Source: an uncultured bacterium
Lineage (GTDB): Bacteria > Bacillota_I > Bacilli_A > Izemoplasmatales > Izemoplasmataceae
Direction: 5' to 3'
NCBI GenBank assembly: GCA_965601585.1
Contig: CBFCWH010000006.1
Span: forward strand, 109,418 to 133,417
DNA length: 24,000 bases
Shown one piece after another: positions 23,994 through 24,000 of this stretch (position 1 is its first letter; every line of letters starts with the position of its first letter). The position numbers and the translations under genes were made by a program. The notes under the pieces were generated by a model, which had not been told where the DNA came from, made no database searches, and saw nothing but the letters and a program-made list of their open reading frames with translations.

Positions 23994-24000
23994 ATGAAAA
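23994..24000 (+). CDS. Probable start of a further gene running off the right edge
   Basis: AGGAGG (23981-23986) lies 7 nt before ATG 23994. Only 7 nt are visible, so no product call is possible. Confidence 0.3.

Noticed and set aside
1-24000. Mollicutes genetic code 4, CRISPR arrays, tRNA/rRNA genes, IS elements or prophage genes
   Set aside because: - Every long ORF is intact under the standard code, and Trp is encoded by TGG, so there is no need for TGA=Trp.
- I found no spaced direct-repeat arrays.
- I found no cloverleaf-like GC-rich segments.
- I found no transposase or integrase motifs and no terminal inverted repeats.

Overview
AT-rich segment that uses the standard genetic code (long ORFs stay intact with TGA as stop). 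It looks like a Firmicutes-type chromosome and is almost fully coding. I recognised no rRNA, tRNA, CRISPR array, transposase or integrase.

Left to right:
1. The last 4.4 kb of a giant SF1 helicase-nuclease gene. Its DUF4011-like N-region runs off the left edge. It has Walker A GPPGTGKS, motif II DEASQ, a C-terminal PD-(D/E)xK/DUF559-like module and a DUF3320-like tail.
2. An orphan lipoprotein gene. It sits between the real helicase 3' end and a degenerate second copy of that 3' end, which looks like an insertion or replacement scar.
3. A ten-gene, two-promoter locus on the + strand. It is a rearranged homologue of the function-unknown E. coli php-yhfSTUVWXYZ cluster (order here U-T-[amidase]-Z-Y-php-S-X-W-[nagB]). 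It carries two extra genes, a compact amidase-signature enzyme and a NagB-type deaminase. Both near-consensus promoters carry the same 19-nt TGTACA-N6-TGTAC operator.
4. A monocistronic membrane-protein gene flanked by hairpins.
5. A YtrA/GntR-type regulator plus ABC transporter operon.
6. A Zn-ribbon Nudix hydrolase overlapping a C_GCAxxG_C_C-family gene.
7. A convergent nadA-nadB-nadC operon on the minus strand.

The best candidate for an undescribed system is the yhf-like locus, a multi-enzyme pathway with no assigned substrate. The second is the helicase-nuclease fusion together with its recombination scar.
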